From: Calditrichia bacterium
GTDB lineage: Bacteria; Calditrichota; Calditrichia; JAJRVZ01
Length of the DNA stretch: 64,000 nucleotides
Direction: 5' to 3'
NCBI GenBank assembly: GCA_963796965.1
Contig: CAWCNS010000020.1
Coordinates: forward strand, 13,794 to 77,793
Positions within the stretch are counted from its first letter, which is position 1, and every line of letters begins with the position of its first letter. This document shows positions 1 through 10,882 of this stretch, one piece after another. The translations under genes and the position numbers were made by a program. The notes below the pieces were generated by a model. The model worked only from the letters and a program-made list of their open reading frames with translations, made no database searches and was not told the DNA's origin.

Positions 1-483
1 TCTGATCCCCGCACATCCGATGGCGTCTTAAAACCTAAACAGGAAAAAGGCACGTTTAAGCAAAACAAACTACAGCAGTTAGGCGCTCAGATATCCTCTG
101 ATGGCTATGATTATGAACACTATCTCAGTATGCTGATTGATGGTTATGATCAAACCTACTGGAAAACAATTGAGGGACTCAGAAACACCCCTTTGCCTCA
201 TCATGTGGCTATCCATTTAAAAACAATGGAGCCATTTTCGGTGATTAAATACACGCCGGTACCGGAAAATCTTAACCTCCGGATTTCTTCCTACAACATT
301 TATATCTCAGAGGATGGTGTAAACTGGGGTAAGCCTATAAAAAAAGGCACTTTGCCGGATTCGGATAAAATGGTGAAAATTAAGCTGGGAAGAAAAATAG
401 AAACACAGCATATAAAGTTTGAGGCGGTTACAGTTTATGGTAACGAGAATGAAGCCGGCATAGTCGAATTGGATATTGAGTAA
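1..483 (+). CDS. C-terminal part of a protein ending in an F5/8 type C (discoidin/CBM32-like) domain; 5' end lies outside the window
   Basis: Frame 1 is open from base 1. Motifs LIDG...TYW, LPHHVAIHL, YNIYISEDGVNW and IVELDI are typical of F5/8C. Confidence 0.7.
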   Translation, partial: SDPRTSDGVLKPKQEKGTFKQNKLQQLGAQISSDGYDYEHYLSMLIDGYDQTYWKTIEGLRNTPLPHHVAIHLKTMEPFSVIKYTPVPENLNLRISSYNIYISEDGVNWGKPIKKGTLPDSDKMVKIKLGRKIETQHIKFEAVTVYGNENEAGIVELDIE

Positions 484-545
484 CGGAGGATTTTAATTAA
501 TGCTTTTCCATACCGGTAAGATTCTTCATAATTAGCAATTAAAAT

Positions 546-3260
546 TTAGTTGATCTTTATGCTTTTCATTTCCCACTTTTTGCCTCTTTTAATATTTAAT
601 TTTGCCGTTTTTGCAGATTTAGAAGTGAGGAGGTATTCTTCTTTATCCAGATTGTAAGTTACCTCACCGATTCTGTCTATGCTGTCTAGGATAACCTCAA
701 AGTGTTTTGTTTTAAGGTATCCAGCTACCACAAATTTACCTTGTCTTGGAATTTCAATTGGTTCGGTGTTTTGAATAAAATGTTTATTGGTTAGTTGTAG
801 CCTCGCATCTATTTGCTCTTTAGAAGCATTTTCCCAATGCGCTCCGCCATTAAAAGCACCCACACCCTTAAGTTCTAAGTAGATAATGAAATCCATTTTA
901 CCAACTTGTTCCGCTTTATTAATATATACTCGTGATTGTTCAACTTGCACGCGAATATCCCTATCGCCATGTATGATTGCCATTGGAGTAAGTAGATTCT
1001 CTACGATAGTAAGACCGCCGCGACTGGCGTAAGCTTCAGGATTAGTCTGTGGAGACCCACCGATCCAACCTTTAGTTTCCATTTCATCACGAAATTCTTT
1101 TTTGATGGAATCAGCCCTATACCACAACCCGTAATCACTTATCACAAATTCAGCAACTGCGGCACTAAAATAATCCGGAAATTTACCAACAAGACTTAAA
1201 ACATTACCACCGCCACCACTGCCACCGAGAAGGCGAATACTGTTGGGATGACTGATAAGCGCTGGGTATGTTTTTTTTGCGTATTCAACTGCATCTATAA
1301 CGTCTTGCAATTCCCAGCCATTGCAATCTTGTTTACCTTTGGAATCGCCCCGGCCCCGCATATCGGGCTGAATTAAAAACCAGTCATTTGACAAAGAGGG
1401 TGCTACATCGTCTGTGCTTCGTTTTTTCGCCCGGCCATGCCAGCCATGCAGCCAAACCAATATTGGGCTTGGTTTACTTGGAACGAAAAAATTAGCGTAT
1501 AATGTGAGAGAAGTGTCCTGAGATGAAGTGTAAGGTTTGTAAACCGGGTTATTTTCTAATAATTTTCTGTCAGGGACTTGAATCAATTTTTTGACGTTTT
1601 TCCAGGTATAGAGTTCAGTACTATCTGCTTTAAATTTTACATTAATGAGATTTATTCCATCTATGTTTTCCCCGAAAATGCCTTCTTTGGCGCTGCCTGA
1701 AATATTTTCAAAAGTCATATTTTGTATTGGTTGTTCTGGCATTCCCCGTAAGTAAGAAAATTTACCTTTGTTGTTCTCAATATGAATATTCTTAAAATGA
1801 ATATCTCGAAAAAGCGGAGTCGTGGGATTTAGCGCAATAAAAGTATCCGGGTTGGCGTATTTCCCATAATAGAACATATCGACGGCCAGTGGTGCTCGGT
1901 TATATGGTTTTTCGGGGAAGTTATTATTTCTATAAACACAATTCTCAACTCTTACATCTTCTACAACAGAATATGGACGATTCCTATTTGTTTTAATATT
2001 TATAATACTGGCCACATCAATAAATTGGCAGTTTTTTACGAGGATATGCCGAGCCCCGCCGGAAACTTCACTGCCGATCGCCAATCCCAAAGTTGTCGCT
2101 CCTGGAACTATTGTCCCATCAAAGATACAATCACGAACTGTGATATATTCGCTAGACCGGCACCGTTTATTTTCGTCAGCACTATATCTTCCGGATTTAA
2201 TGGCAAAACTGTCGTCCTGGGTTCCGAAGGTGCAGCCGACAACTGATATATTACGTGAAGCATCTGCATCCAATCCATCGGCATTATGACCCTGAACGAT
2301 TGAGATCTGAAAGAATTTAACGTCAGAAAACAAAACACTGTCTGCATAAAGCAAATGGTTGTTCCAAGCTGGTGGATCCTGGAAAGTAATCCCTTGAACA
2401 AGAATATTTGAGCTTTGGATAAAACCCAACATAAAAGGTCTGCCACCTTTTACGGTTAATTCTTTATAATGTGGCCACCATGTTTCGCCATTACCGTAGA
2501 TAACACCACTGCCTGTTATGGTAACATTCTTAACTTTATATCCTGTTATTAGATATTTCTTCTGATAGTATATCATCCCATCGGGGCCTGATAATTGCGT
2601 GGTTGTTGCTGGATAGCTTCCTCCTTCATTAAAACCAAGGAAACTCAAACGAGAACCTTCCTCAAGCTCTAATGTCATATTGCTCTTTAGTTCTATATGG
2701 TCTAGAATATAAGTTCCAGCGGGAACAATTACTTTCCCACCCACAGCACAAGCATCAATTGTATTTTGAATGGATTTAGTATCAACTGTTTTTCCATCAC
2801 CTACAGCTCCAAACTCTTTAATGCTAAAAATTTTACCAGTTTCTTTTGTAGCAATTTGAATTTCGGTGCCTTCTTCATCAGTTTTCTTAAAACTTTCATT
2901 TAGCTGTATGGAGAATGTATAAACAGAAGAAGAGGAGAGGTTATGAACTGCATAAGTTCGTTGTTTTGTGCTGCCTATCTTTTCTCCATCTTTGAATACA
3001 TAGTATATACGCTCTATTTCTTCTGAATGAGGTTTTGTATAATCTGGTATGTTTGAATCATCCCAAAGTAGCACAGCACTTGAAGAAGTGATCCCAAGAG
3101 TTGGTGCTGATAAATTGTTAATATCTCCAATGGGAGTAAATGGTTTTGCCAAAACTGATATAGTAAAAACCAAAAATAAACAAACAATTAAATACTTCAA
3201 ACTACCTCCTTTAAGAAACTGAATGTTTTTTGTATCCCATTTTGTTAGAATTGCCTTCAT
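546..3260 (-). CDS. Secreted GH28 polygalacturonase-like enzyme with N-terminal Fn3-like domain and C-terminal alpha/beta (S9-like) serine hydrolase
   Basis: FGAVGDGKT and GH28 motifs NADG, QDD, IGSE, NIKT. C-terminal WLHGW, GGSGGG (GxSxG), HGDRD and GAHW. Hydrophobic signal segment near the N-terminus. Confidence 0.8.
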   Translation of the reverse strand: MKAILTKWDTKNIQFLKGGSLKYLIVCLFLVFTISVLAKPFTPIGDINNLSAPTLGITSSSAVLLWDDSNIPDYTKPHSEEIERIYYVFKDGEKIGSTKQRTYAVHNLSSSSVYTFSIQLNESFKKTDEEGTEIQIATKETGKIFSIKEFGAVGDGKTVDTKSIQNTIDACAVGGKVIVPAGTYILDHIELKSNMTLELEEGSRLSFLGFNEGGSYPATTTQLSGPDGMIYYQKKYLITGYKVKNVTITGSGVIYGNGETWWPHYKELTVKGGRPFMLGFIQSSNILVQGITFQDPPAWNNHLLYADSVLFSDVKFFQISIVQGHNADGLDADASRNISVVGCTFGTQDDSFAIKSGRYSADENKRCRSSEYITVRDCIFDGTIVPGATTLGLAIGSEVSGGARHILVKNCQFIDVASIINIKTNRNRPYSVVEDVRVENCVYRNNNFPEKPYNRAPLAVDMFYYGKYANPDTFIALNPTTPLFRDIHFKNIHIENNKGKFSYLRGMPEQPIQNMTFENISGSAKEGIFGENIDGINLINVKFKADSTELYTWKNVKKLIQVPDRKLLENNPVYKPYTSSQDTSLTLYANFFVPSKPSPILVWLHGWHGRAKKRSTDDVAPSLSNDWFLIQPDMRGRGDSKGKQDCNGWELQDVIDAVEYAKKTYPALISHPNSIRLLGGSGGGGNVLSLVGKFPDYFSAAVAEFVISDYGLWYRADSIKKEFRDEMETKGWIGGSPQTNPEAYASRGGLTIVENLLTPMAIIHGDRDIRVQVEQSRVYINKAEQVGKMDFIIYLELKGVGAFNGGAHWENASKEQIDARLQLTNKHFIQNTEPIEIPRQGKFVVAGYLKTKHFEVILDSIDRIGEVTYNLDKEEYLLTSKSAKTAKLNIKRGKKWEMKSIKIN

Positions 3261-3419
3261 ACTGTTTCTAAATCAAATTAAACTCACAATTGAGTTTTCT
3301 AATTCTTCTACGGAGTTTAAAACTCAGTGCTGCAATATTATTAAGTATCTAAACAGAATCGCAAGTTCCTGCTAATACCGATTGTTGGCTACTGAACTGT
3401 CAAGTTGCATGTGTATTTA

Positions 3420-3860
3420 CTAAACATTTTCAGATTCAAGATAGCCTTTTAAAAAATTAGCACCTGCTATGGCCACTATCCCATCCTGATCTGGTTTTGC
3501 TCCAGACACTCCGATTGCTCCAATAATATTCCCTTTATTTAATAAAGGAATTCCTCCTTCAAATGGACAAATATCGCCTACTGACAAAATCCTTAATCCT
3601 GGACCATCAGCGGCTACAGCCTCATCATAAAATTTGGTTGCACGTTTAAAATTAACTGAAGTTCTCGCTTTAGCTTGTGCAATTTCCACACTACTGAGCT
3701 GAGCATGATTCATTTTATTTAGGGCAACCAAATGTCCAGTACTATCGAAAATTGCTATTGTTACTGCCCAATTATTCAATAGTGCTTCTGTTAATGCTTT
3801 ATCAATTACTTGTTTTGCGGTTTCCAATGTGATTGGTTCACCGTATTCGATTATATCCAT
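3420..3860 (-). CDS. GlcG/HbpS-family (heme-binding) protein
   Basis: ITLETAKQ, IAQAKARTS, GGIPL and IGAIGVSG...QD motifs. Start placed at the ATG at 3860. Confidence 0.8.
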   Translation of the reverse strand: MDIIEYGEPITLETAKQVIDKALTEALLNNWAVTIAIFDSTGHLVALNKMNHAQLSSVEIAQAKARTSVNFKRATKFYDEAVAADGPGLRILSVGDICPFEGGIPLLNKGNIIGAIGVSGAKPDQDGIVAIAGANFLKGYLESENV

Positions 3861-3978
3861 TTTGTAATTTCCTGAATTCTGTAATAATAAATTCCAACAA
3901 ATCAATATTTTTTAAATGTTTCGAAATTCCAAATGAAAATGCTTATAAATATAAGTGCGATATTTTGATGCTAATCAA

Positions 3979-4971
3979 TTATAAATTCAACTCCAGTTTA
4001 TCGAACTCAGAATCAATAATTTCAATTTCTTCTAAAGAGAGCTTAAAACTCAACGCAGTAATATTATCAAGCATCTGAACCGGATCACGAGCTCCTACTA
4101 AAACCGATGTTATTGCTGGCTGTTGTATTGTCCAGTTTATTGCTAATTGAGTCAGACTAACGTTTCTTGCCTTGGCAATTGGTGTTATAGCTTCTAGCAT
4201 AGCCATAATTTTTTCATGATTTCCACCTTTAAAAAATGATGTATTAGGACGATTATCACCTTTGTTAAATTTATGTCCTGGTTTGATCTTTCCAGTGAGC
4301 ATTCCTTTTTGTAGAGTTGTATGAGGAAGTATGCCAATCTCATTCTCTAAGCAGTAGGGTACTAAATCTTTTTCAATGTCTCTGTGAATTATACTGTAGG
4401 CAACTTGATTTGTAGATAGTTTAACTTTTTTTTCAGATTCGATTAATAAATCAACTGGAGAGTTGCATACCCCAGCGGCTCTAATTTTTCCTTGCTGTAA
4501 AAGTATTTCTACTGCTTCCATCGTTTCTTCAATAGCAGTTGTAGGATCAGGCCAGTGCATTTGGTATAGGTCAATGTAGTCTGTCTGAAGTCGGGTCAAG
4601 CTCTTTTCACATTCTTTAATGATGTTTTCCTTGCCATTGTATTTGTACACTTGAACAGAGTTTCCATCATTGTCTTCTGTGTCAAAGATAAAAACTCCAT
4701 TAGAGCCTTCCCATGTCATACCAAATTTAGTCAGAATCTGAATTTTATCTCGTTTCCCCTTTATTGTTTTTCCTATAATTTTTTCACTATGACCCATACC
4801 GTAAATGGGTGCTGTATCTATAGTGGTTATTCCATTATTGATTGCTGTTTCAATTGTCTTAACAGCATCGGCCTCGTCAGATCCCCCCCAAAACCAACCG
4901 CCGATTGCAAATGCCCCAAATGCAATTGGAGATACCTTAATATTTGTACCGGGTAAATATTTGTATTCCAT
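3979..4971 (-). CDS. Aldo/keto reductase
   Basis: DTAPIYG, TKFG, SLTRLQTDYIDLYQMHWPD and GKIRAAGVCN motifs. Confidence 0.9.
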   Translation of the reverse strand: MEYKYLPGTNIKVSPIAFGAFAIGGWFWGGSDEADAVKTIETAINNGITTIDTAPIYGMGHSEKIIGKTIKGKRDKIQILTKFGMTWEGSNGVFIFDTEDNDGNSVQVYKYNGKENIIKECEKSLTRLQTDYIDLYQMHWPDPTTAIEETMEAVEILLQQGKIRAAGVCNSPVDLLIESEKKVKLSTNQVAYSIIHRDIEKDLVPYCLENEIGILPHTTLQKGMLTGKIKPGHKFNKGDNRPNTSFFKGGNHEKIMAMLEAITPIAKARNVSLTQLAINWTIQQPAITSVLVGARDPVQMLDNITALSFKLSLEEIEIIDSEFDKLELNL

Positions 4972-5085
4972 TTTTACTCACTATTTATTTATTAAATCTA
5001 TTTTTTTATGACAGTTACATTAAAAAGAATCTACACGGACTAGTGAATCATATCATTTCGTCTGTTCAAATTCTGATTGCAATTC

Positions 5086-5125
5086 TTGGAATCTTTTCTA
5101 AATCTTTGTACATTAACGCACTAAC
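5086..5125 (+). promoter_or_regulatory. Sigma70-like promoter with overlapping GCACTAAC operator upstream of the BASS transporter
   Basis: TTGGAA (5086-5091), 17 nt spacer, TACATT (5109-5114), running into ACATTAAC-GCACTAAC. Confidence 0.55.
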
Positions 5126-5164
5126 ATAATAAAATTTAAATAAAAAAAAAAGGAAAATTATACA

Positions 5165-6458
5165 TTGGCATTTACTTTTAAATCTAATTTCGTGTTTAAA
5201 TACGTAATGATATCTGCGTTTTTGATAAGTATGATTTTTATCCTAATAGGCTATTATGAACTTACAGGACCCCCTATAATAATTATGTTTTTTTCAATGG
5301 CATTATTTTTTATGCAAAGAAATTCACTTAAAAATTTCGCCTTTACAATTTGGGTTTTTGCTTTTGTTTCCTTATCGATGTACTACCCATCAACATTTGG
5401 GGAGTGTCTAGGTTTAGATTTGAAATTTCTTATTGTACCGCTTATTCAGATTATCATGTTCGGAATGGGTACTACTTTGAATACAAAAGATTTTACACGA
5501 ATTTTTAAATTACCATGGCCAGTATTTATTGGAATGATGCTGCAATTTACAGTAATGCCCTTGGGCGCTTTAGCTACTACATATATATTTGATTTCGAAC
5601 CCGAGGTTGCAGCTGGAGTGATACTTATTGGTTCGTGTCCGGGAGGTGTTGCATCTAATCTTATGGTATTTTTAGCCGGCGGCGACGTCGCGTTATCTGT
5701 TACTATGACTTCTACCTCAACTTTACTCTCGCCAGTGATGACACCATTAATGATGCAGATTTTAGCTGGGCAGCTTGTCCCGATTGATTTCCTATCAATG
5801 ATGTTTTCAATTTTGAATATGATTATTGTACCTATTTTTGCAGGATTGATTGCAAATAAAATATTATATGATACAGCCGAGTGGAACTTAAAATCAAGTT
5901 CCTTATTGCCTATTGCCGGGGTTGGTTTAAGCCTGGCTATTGTGTTCGCTATGATGGACATTAATCTTTTTGGTATGTTTGTTTCAATGAAAAATGGTTT
6001 AGTAATTGGAGCAGTCTTAGTTGGAGTTGTTGCATTTGCAAATTGGTTAGTGCGAGTTAAAATGAAAATTTCGATAAACTGGATGGACAAAATATTGCCT
6101 TTGGTCTCGATGGGAGGAATAATCTTCATCATTGCAATTATTACCGCTCGTTCAAGTGAAAAGCTTGCTTTCTGTTGGTTTTGCACTTATAGCAGCTGCA
6201 ATTATACAGAATTTTATTGGATATATTTTAGGATACTGGCTTTCTCGTGCAGCACGTTTAGATGAAAAAAGTTGCCGTACTGTCGCTTTTGAAGTGGGCA
6301 TGCAGAACGGAGGCATGGCAACAGGTTTGGCCATGTCTGTTTTAAAAAGTTCGACTGCTGCACTTGCTCCGGCTATATTCGGGCCATGGATGAATATTTC
6401 CGGCTCTGTACTGGCCACTTGGTGGAAAAAAAAGCCGGTTGTATCAAAAATCGAATGA
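5165..6458 (+). CDS. Bile acid:sodium symporter (BASS) family transporter; one apparent frameshift near 6165
   Basis: IMFGMG, GSCPGGVASN and EVGMQNGGMA motifs. The two ORFs join if one T is removed from AGCTT at 6162-6166. Confidence 0.85.
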
Positions 6459-6523
6459 CTTTACTTTCATAATCCGGTATGCTAATAGCACTAACCCACA
6501 AGGGTATGATAGTTAGTGCTATT
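6455..6523 (+). promoter_or_regulatory. Promoter-like element plus inverted pair of operator half-sites; homologue of the gntR promoter at 17303
   Basis: ATGACT-17 nt-TATGCT (6455-6483). AATAGCACTAAC (6484-6495) and GTTAGTGCTATT (6512-6523) form a perfect 12-bp inverted repeat. Confidence 0.55.
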
Positions 6524-6532
6524 GCCCAGTAC

Positions 6533-6697
6533 CTATACAAATTTAAGGCAACGATTATAGGCATATATTGACCAAGATAAGACAGGTAATCATTGCAAAA
6601 ATTCTTTGTAGTGAAATGAAAGATGTTGTAGATGAAGATGTATTTTGCATTTTTTGGCCATAGGGATGACTATTTGGACAAAGCGAGCATTAAAATG
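6533..6697 (+). pseudogene. Degenerate remnant of a GntR UTRA domain, paralogous to 17407-18129
   Basis: Translates as DYRHILTKIRQVIIAKILCSEMKDVVDE...AFLAIGMTI.DKASIKM, versus SYGHFLTEVRQMISTINICDEMRKVFDV...AFLVTGVTFCDKGKILEM in the intact gene. Confidence 0.65.
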
Positions 6698-6772
6698 TCG
6701 CTAGATAGAACAATCAAATCAGATAAAAGTGTTAAAGATGATAAGGCCTATCCAGTAATACTAAGGAGTGCT

Positions 6773-6996
6773 TTTGAAAAAATGTATAAAATCCGTGTAT
6801 TTGAAACGGAATGTATCAAATTATACCGGCAGGGATTAATCAGGGGATATTTTCATCCTTATCTTGGAGAAGAAGTCTATTGCTGTTGGTGCATGCGCAG
6901 CACTTAATGAAACAGACTATATAACCAGCACCCACCGTGGGCATGGGCACTGCATTGCCAAAGGGGCCGGCTTGAAGCCGATGGTTGCTGAATTAT
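6773..6996 (+). pseudogene. Near-identical 5' fragment of the E1-alpha gene (copy of 18290-18512)
   Basis: 224 bp match the intact gene except for one extra T (AGTCT versus AGCT). Confidence 0.9.
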
Positions 6997-7021
6997 ATGG
7001 TAAACACGCCCTAGTCAGAAA

Positions 7022-10000
7022 ATGGAAACACTTTTAATGAAGAATTTTCGGATAAGTTTAATATCAGGATTGCTGGTTATAATCCATTCTGTTTTGTACT
7101 CACAAACCAACAATCAAATATTTGAAAAATTTGTCGGCAAAGCTGCCCAATTGGATCTTGCTCAAATCGAGCTGTTATTAAAATCTAACAGCAAAGAAAA
7201 GATATTTGTCGATTCTAATGGCGATGGCCGGGATGATGTCCTTTATATGATCGATAATGATGAGCGCCATGAAGAGTGGTATAAGCCTATTCTTGTAAAA
7301 ATTGTTGATGAAGACGGCGATATGCATGAAAGCCGCGAGGGCGATTTTGACAGTGATCTGTATGTGGCAGACTGGCATGCCGATGGCGAAATTGACTGCA
7401 TAGTTGATTATAAAGACCTTGATCATGATAATGATCTTGACGAACAGTATTTATTTTACAGTATGGACTCGGCTTATGCTGCACAAACTCACCAAAAGTG
7501 GCTGCTTAAATATGGGGCAAAACCAAAAACCTACAAAACAAAGTATCCCGGTAAAGACTACCTTTTACATTGGACAAAAGATATTTCGGATGATAATAAA
7601 GTACAGTGGTTTGTGAATTATGAGGTAAAACAGGATTTAAACCAATGGAAATCTGACAACAGCGGTGATGAGATGTTTATCAATTCTTTTGTATACGACT
7701 ATGAGAATAACCGCCTGATTCCAAGTGAAGAACACGGATTCTGTTTTTTTGATGAGGATAATGATGGCTATGCCGAAGTCGCAGCGCGTTTTGGTGGTAT
7801 GGAAAAAACCATAGAAAACTTTAGATACAGCATGGATTTGGATAACGATGCCCGTGGCCGCAAGAAACATGATTATGATTTTTCCATAACAGCCATTGGC
7901 GAAGTGAGCCTCGGAAATGAAGTTAGTCAAACCCTTACGGTTAGAGATCATGTTACGGAATTAGTGGCCCGCTGGGATAAAATCCGCCAGTTTGGGAAGG
8001 AATCCAAGTGGGAGAAAACTCACCTAACATGGGATGAAAATGATCTAAATATTGCAGGCTGGGCTGGAATGCGCAGAGGATTATACGCCAAGGAGAGATG
8101 GGAAGGTCTTCTCAATCATCCCAGCGGCTACATGAAACAGGTTGGAGGCCCTTCCTGCGGCCCACTGAATAAGCGAAACGAAGTGGATACCTCATATATC
8201 GGCAAGATGAATTTTTATTACTCTGATATTGATAAGCGTTTCCATCTCTATGGTGCAGATGTCGGCTGGATAATGGTTGATTACAATAATGACTATCAAA
8301 TGGATATGTTTATTTGGATGCAGGACAGTGATAATGATGGTTTTTTTGATACATGGAAATATGACCTGGACGGTGATTGTTTTGGTGATCCTCTGGTCAT
8401 TACCAAGCAGAATTTCAGGAATTTATGGACCTATGCAGACATAGTCGGCGAAGATCATTTTGAACGAGTGTATTCAACAAAAGATGAAATGGAAGAATTA
8501 ATAAATATTGAGTTTAAGTCCCTTCATCTACTTTACACAGAAAGATTAAAAGAGATAGTTAAAGAGAATCAAAAATTTATCAATCTGGCTAAAAATACTC
8601 TTAAAAAATCTACTTCAGACTTCCAGGTGAATGCTATAGAGAAATATTTTTCAACAGACTTAATTAAGTATGGAGATAATATATATGCTAACCAGTGGGG
8701 TGGGGTAACGCTGGACATGCATTATGGTGAGAATATACGGGAGGGATTAGAAGGAACCCGTTATTACCAGGATCTGATTCGTGAACAATACTGGGCGGAG
8801 CTTCAAAGAGTAATCTCGCCCAAAAAGGCATTTCCTGAAATTGCAAAAGCGTATGAAGAGGGACGGTTATCGGATGTTAATATCCTGCTCGAGAAGAATT
8901 TTAAGGCAGCAAACACAGCCGAACTACCGGGTTATAAAAAACAATTTACCCTAACAATATCAAATCCAAGTGACCTGTATTTAGAGCATCATCCCTTTGT
9001 AATCCCGGTAGCTGATATAAAAGTAAAATACCCGGATGTTGATCTGTCCAAAATCGTCCTCATGGAAGCAATCCAAAAAATAGATAACCGAATTATACCT
9101 ATTCAGGCAGATGATCTAAACCAGGACGGGAACTTGGATGAGCTGGTTTTTATTTATTCATTGCCACAAAACAAAACTGTCGACTTAAATGTTTTTTCCG
9201 TTTTTGAGAAGTTGAAATTACCGCATTACAAAGTTAAAACGGCCGTTCACCAGAACTGGTGGAAAACAGAAGAAAATACGATAGGCTGGGAATCCAATTG
9301 GGCTGCTTATCGCATGTTCAACGGACGTATTGATTTTCTTGGAAAGAAACTCGAAGGTTTATATCTCAAAGAAGAAGACTATCATCATATGCATACTTGG
9401 GGAATGGATGTGCTTAACTTAGGCAAAAGTTCAGGGCTTGGTGGAATCAGTTTATGGGAAGGGGATTCTCAAATTCGTTCATTTAATTACCCTGATGAGC
9501 AAAATGTAAAAGTTGATAAAAGAGTGATTGCAATTGGTCCTGTGAGATCAACGGTAGAAGTTCGATTTAGTGAAATAAAAACAGATAGTAATAGCTACGA
9601 AGTTGTTCTGAAAATGTCCGCTTATGCAGAAAATAATTTTTCTAAACAATCAATAATTATTAAGGCTGAAAAGGTCAGCGAAATTATTTACAGCCCTGGA
9701 ATAAGGAAATTACCAAATGATAAATGGACAATAAATACTAACTCAGGTTTTTTAGCTTCATGGGGATTGGAAGAAAGTCCAATTGGTGAGGTGGGTTTGG
9801 GATTGATCTTCCCATCCAGTGATTATTTATCCTACTCAGAAAATGAGCATGACCGATATGTAAAGTTGAAAGCAAAATCAGACGTGGAACAGACTCATTA
9901 TGTATATGGGGGCTGGCAAAAAGGGTTTACCTCCCCGACGGCACCTAACCTTCAGAATTGGGCGCATGATATTGAACATCTTGCAAAACAATTAAGAGTG

Positions 10001-10024
10001 CCTATTGAAGTTAAAGTTAATTAA
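7022..10024 (+). CDS. Large secreted protein: Asp-rich N-terminal region with many DxDxDG motifs and a C-terminal DUF4861-like domain
   Basis: Signal peptide and about 10 DxD/NxDG motifs. C-terminal [24 protein letters not shown]...WGMDVL.LG.S.GLGG and GPVRS resemble DUF4861. Confidence 0.6.
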   Translation: METLLMKNFRISLISGLLVIIHSVLYSQTNNQIFEKFVGKAAQLDLAQIELLLKSNSKEKIFVDSNGDGRDDVLYMIDNDERHEEWYKPILVKIVDEDGDMHESREGDFDSDLYVADWHADGEIDCIVDYKDLDHDNDLDEQYLFYSMDSAYAAQTHQKWLLKYGAKPKTYKTKYPGKDYLLHWTKDISDDNKVQWFVNYEVKQDLNQWKSDNSGDEMFINSFVYDYENNRLIPSEEHGFCFFDEDNDGYAEVAARFGGMEKTIENFRYSMDLDNDARGRKKHDYDFSITAIGEVSLGNEVSQTLTVRDHVTELVARWDKIRQFGKESKWEKTHLTWDENDLNIAGWAGMRRGLYAKERWEGLLNHPSGYMKQVGGPSCGPLNKRNEVDTSYIGKMNFYYSDIDKRFHLYGADVGWIMVDYNNDYQMDMFIWMQDSDNDGFFDTWKYDLDGDCFGDPLVITKQNFRNLWTYADIVGEDHFERVYSTKDEMEELINIEFKSLHLLYTERLKEIVKENQKFINLAKNTLKKSTSDFQVNAIEKYFSTDLIKYGDNIYANQWGGVTLDMHYGENIREGLEGTRYYQDLIREQYWAELQRVISPKKAFPEIAKAYEEGRLSDVNILLEKNFKAANTAELPGYKKQFTLTISNPSDLYLEHHPFVIPVADIKVKYPDVDLSKIVLMEAIQKIDNRIIPIQADDLNQDGNLDELVFIYSLPQNKTVDLNVFSVFEKLKLPHYKVKTAVHQNWWKTEENTIGWESNWAAYRMFNGRIDFLGKKLEGLYLKEEDYHHMHTWGMDVLNLGKSSGLGGISLWEGDSQIRSFNYPDEQNVKVDKRVIAIGPVRSTVEVRFSEIKTDSNSYEVVLKMSAYAENNFSKQSIIIKAEKVSEIIYSPGIRKLPNDKWTINTNSGFLASWGLEESPIGEVGLGLIFPSSDYLSYSENEHDRYVKLKAKSDVEQTHYVYGGWQKGFTSPTAPNLQNWAHDIEHLAKQLRVPIEVKVN

Positions 10025-10136
10025 ATGGTAAGTCCTTTTCTTATTGAGAATAACACCTGATATTTCATGCCCAAATATTTCAGACTGCCTGTAAGTTTTC
10101 AAAAACTTACAATCTTAACCTGATGAACACCGGTCA

Positions 10137-10382
10137 TCATCGCCACCGGTTTGGCGAACAAATGGAATTTGTACAAAGTGTGTTAGTAAATAGCACACCT
10201 TCTTCAGCCAGCTCATTTAAAGTAGGCTTTTTTACGCCTCTCATTCCATAACATTCCAGGTCATTGCTAATATCCTCGGCCATTAGCCAGATGATATTGG
10301 GCTTTTCCTGCGCGCATGAAGTCGTAATGATCAGAAAGAACAAAGTAATCAGAAACTTAAATAATTGATTTTTTGAGAACAT
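10137..10382 (-). pseudogene. Truncated sulfatase (N-terminal fragment only)
   Basis: Signal peptide, KPNIIWLMAED and the formylglycine motif CSPNR, followed by a stop; the rest is absent. Confidence 0.75.
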
Positions 10383-10568
10383 CAGTCTTGTAAAAATACG
10401 GCATCTAGGTGCCAAATTATTAACCGACTTTTATCTGGCGGTCGGGAGAAACTTCGTGACGGGCTCAAGGACCAAACCGCGAACCTCCTGACACACCAGA
10501 AAATGTTGGTTTTATTGAAAAAGAACAAGTAAAGTTTTATAAAAAATGTTTTTAACTTTAAACATACA

Positions 10569-10780
10569 AGACGCAAAGAAGGCGCAAAGTCCGCAAAGAT
10601 TATAAATATTTTTTTAACTTGATCTGTTCATAAAACACAAAAGACACAGAGATATATGTTTATTTTTATAAAGCTTATAAATACTCAGTACTCTCTGTGG
10701 TAAATTATTAAGGTTAAATAATAAAAAGCCTTGCGTGCTTTGTGTCTGCATTGCGTCCTTGCGGTTAAGTAATCCGTGGT
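10569..10780. repeat. Inverted arrays of short degenerate repeats (CGCAAAG ... CTTGCG)
   Basis: acgcaaag-aaggcgcaaag-tccgcaaag at 10572-10598 faces ccttgcg-tgctttgtg...attgcg-tccttgcggtt at 10729-10767. Confidence 0.55.
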
Positions 10781-10882
10781 TAATTATACTTTTTGAATTC
10801 AGCCCTGGGCTGCGGTCTGAATAGATCAAGTTAGTTTAGAAGTGATTGTTATCCGTTATTTTATATTTTTCAACATATATCG

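Noticed and set aside
6632..6907. 91-aa ORF as a real small protein
   Set aside because: It is a chance read-through of the gntR remnant into the E1a remnant.
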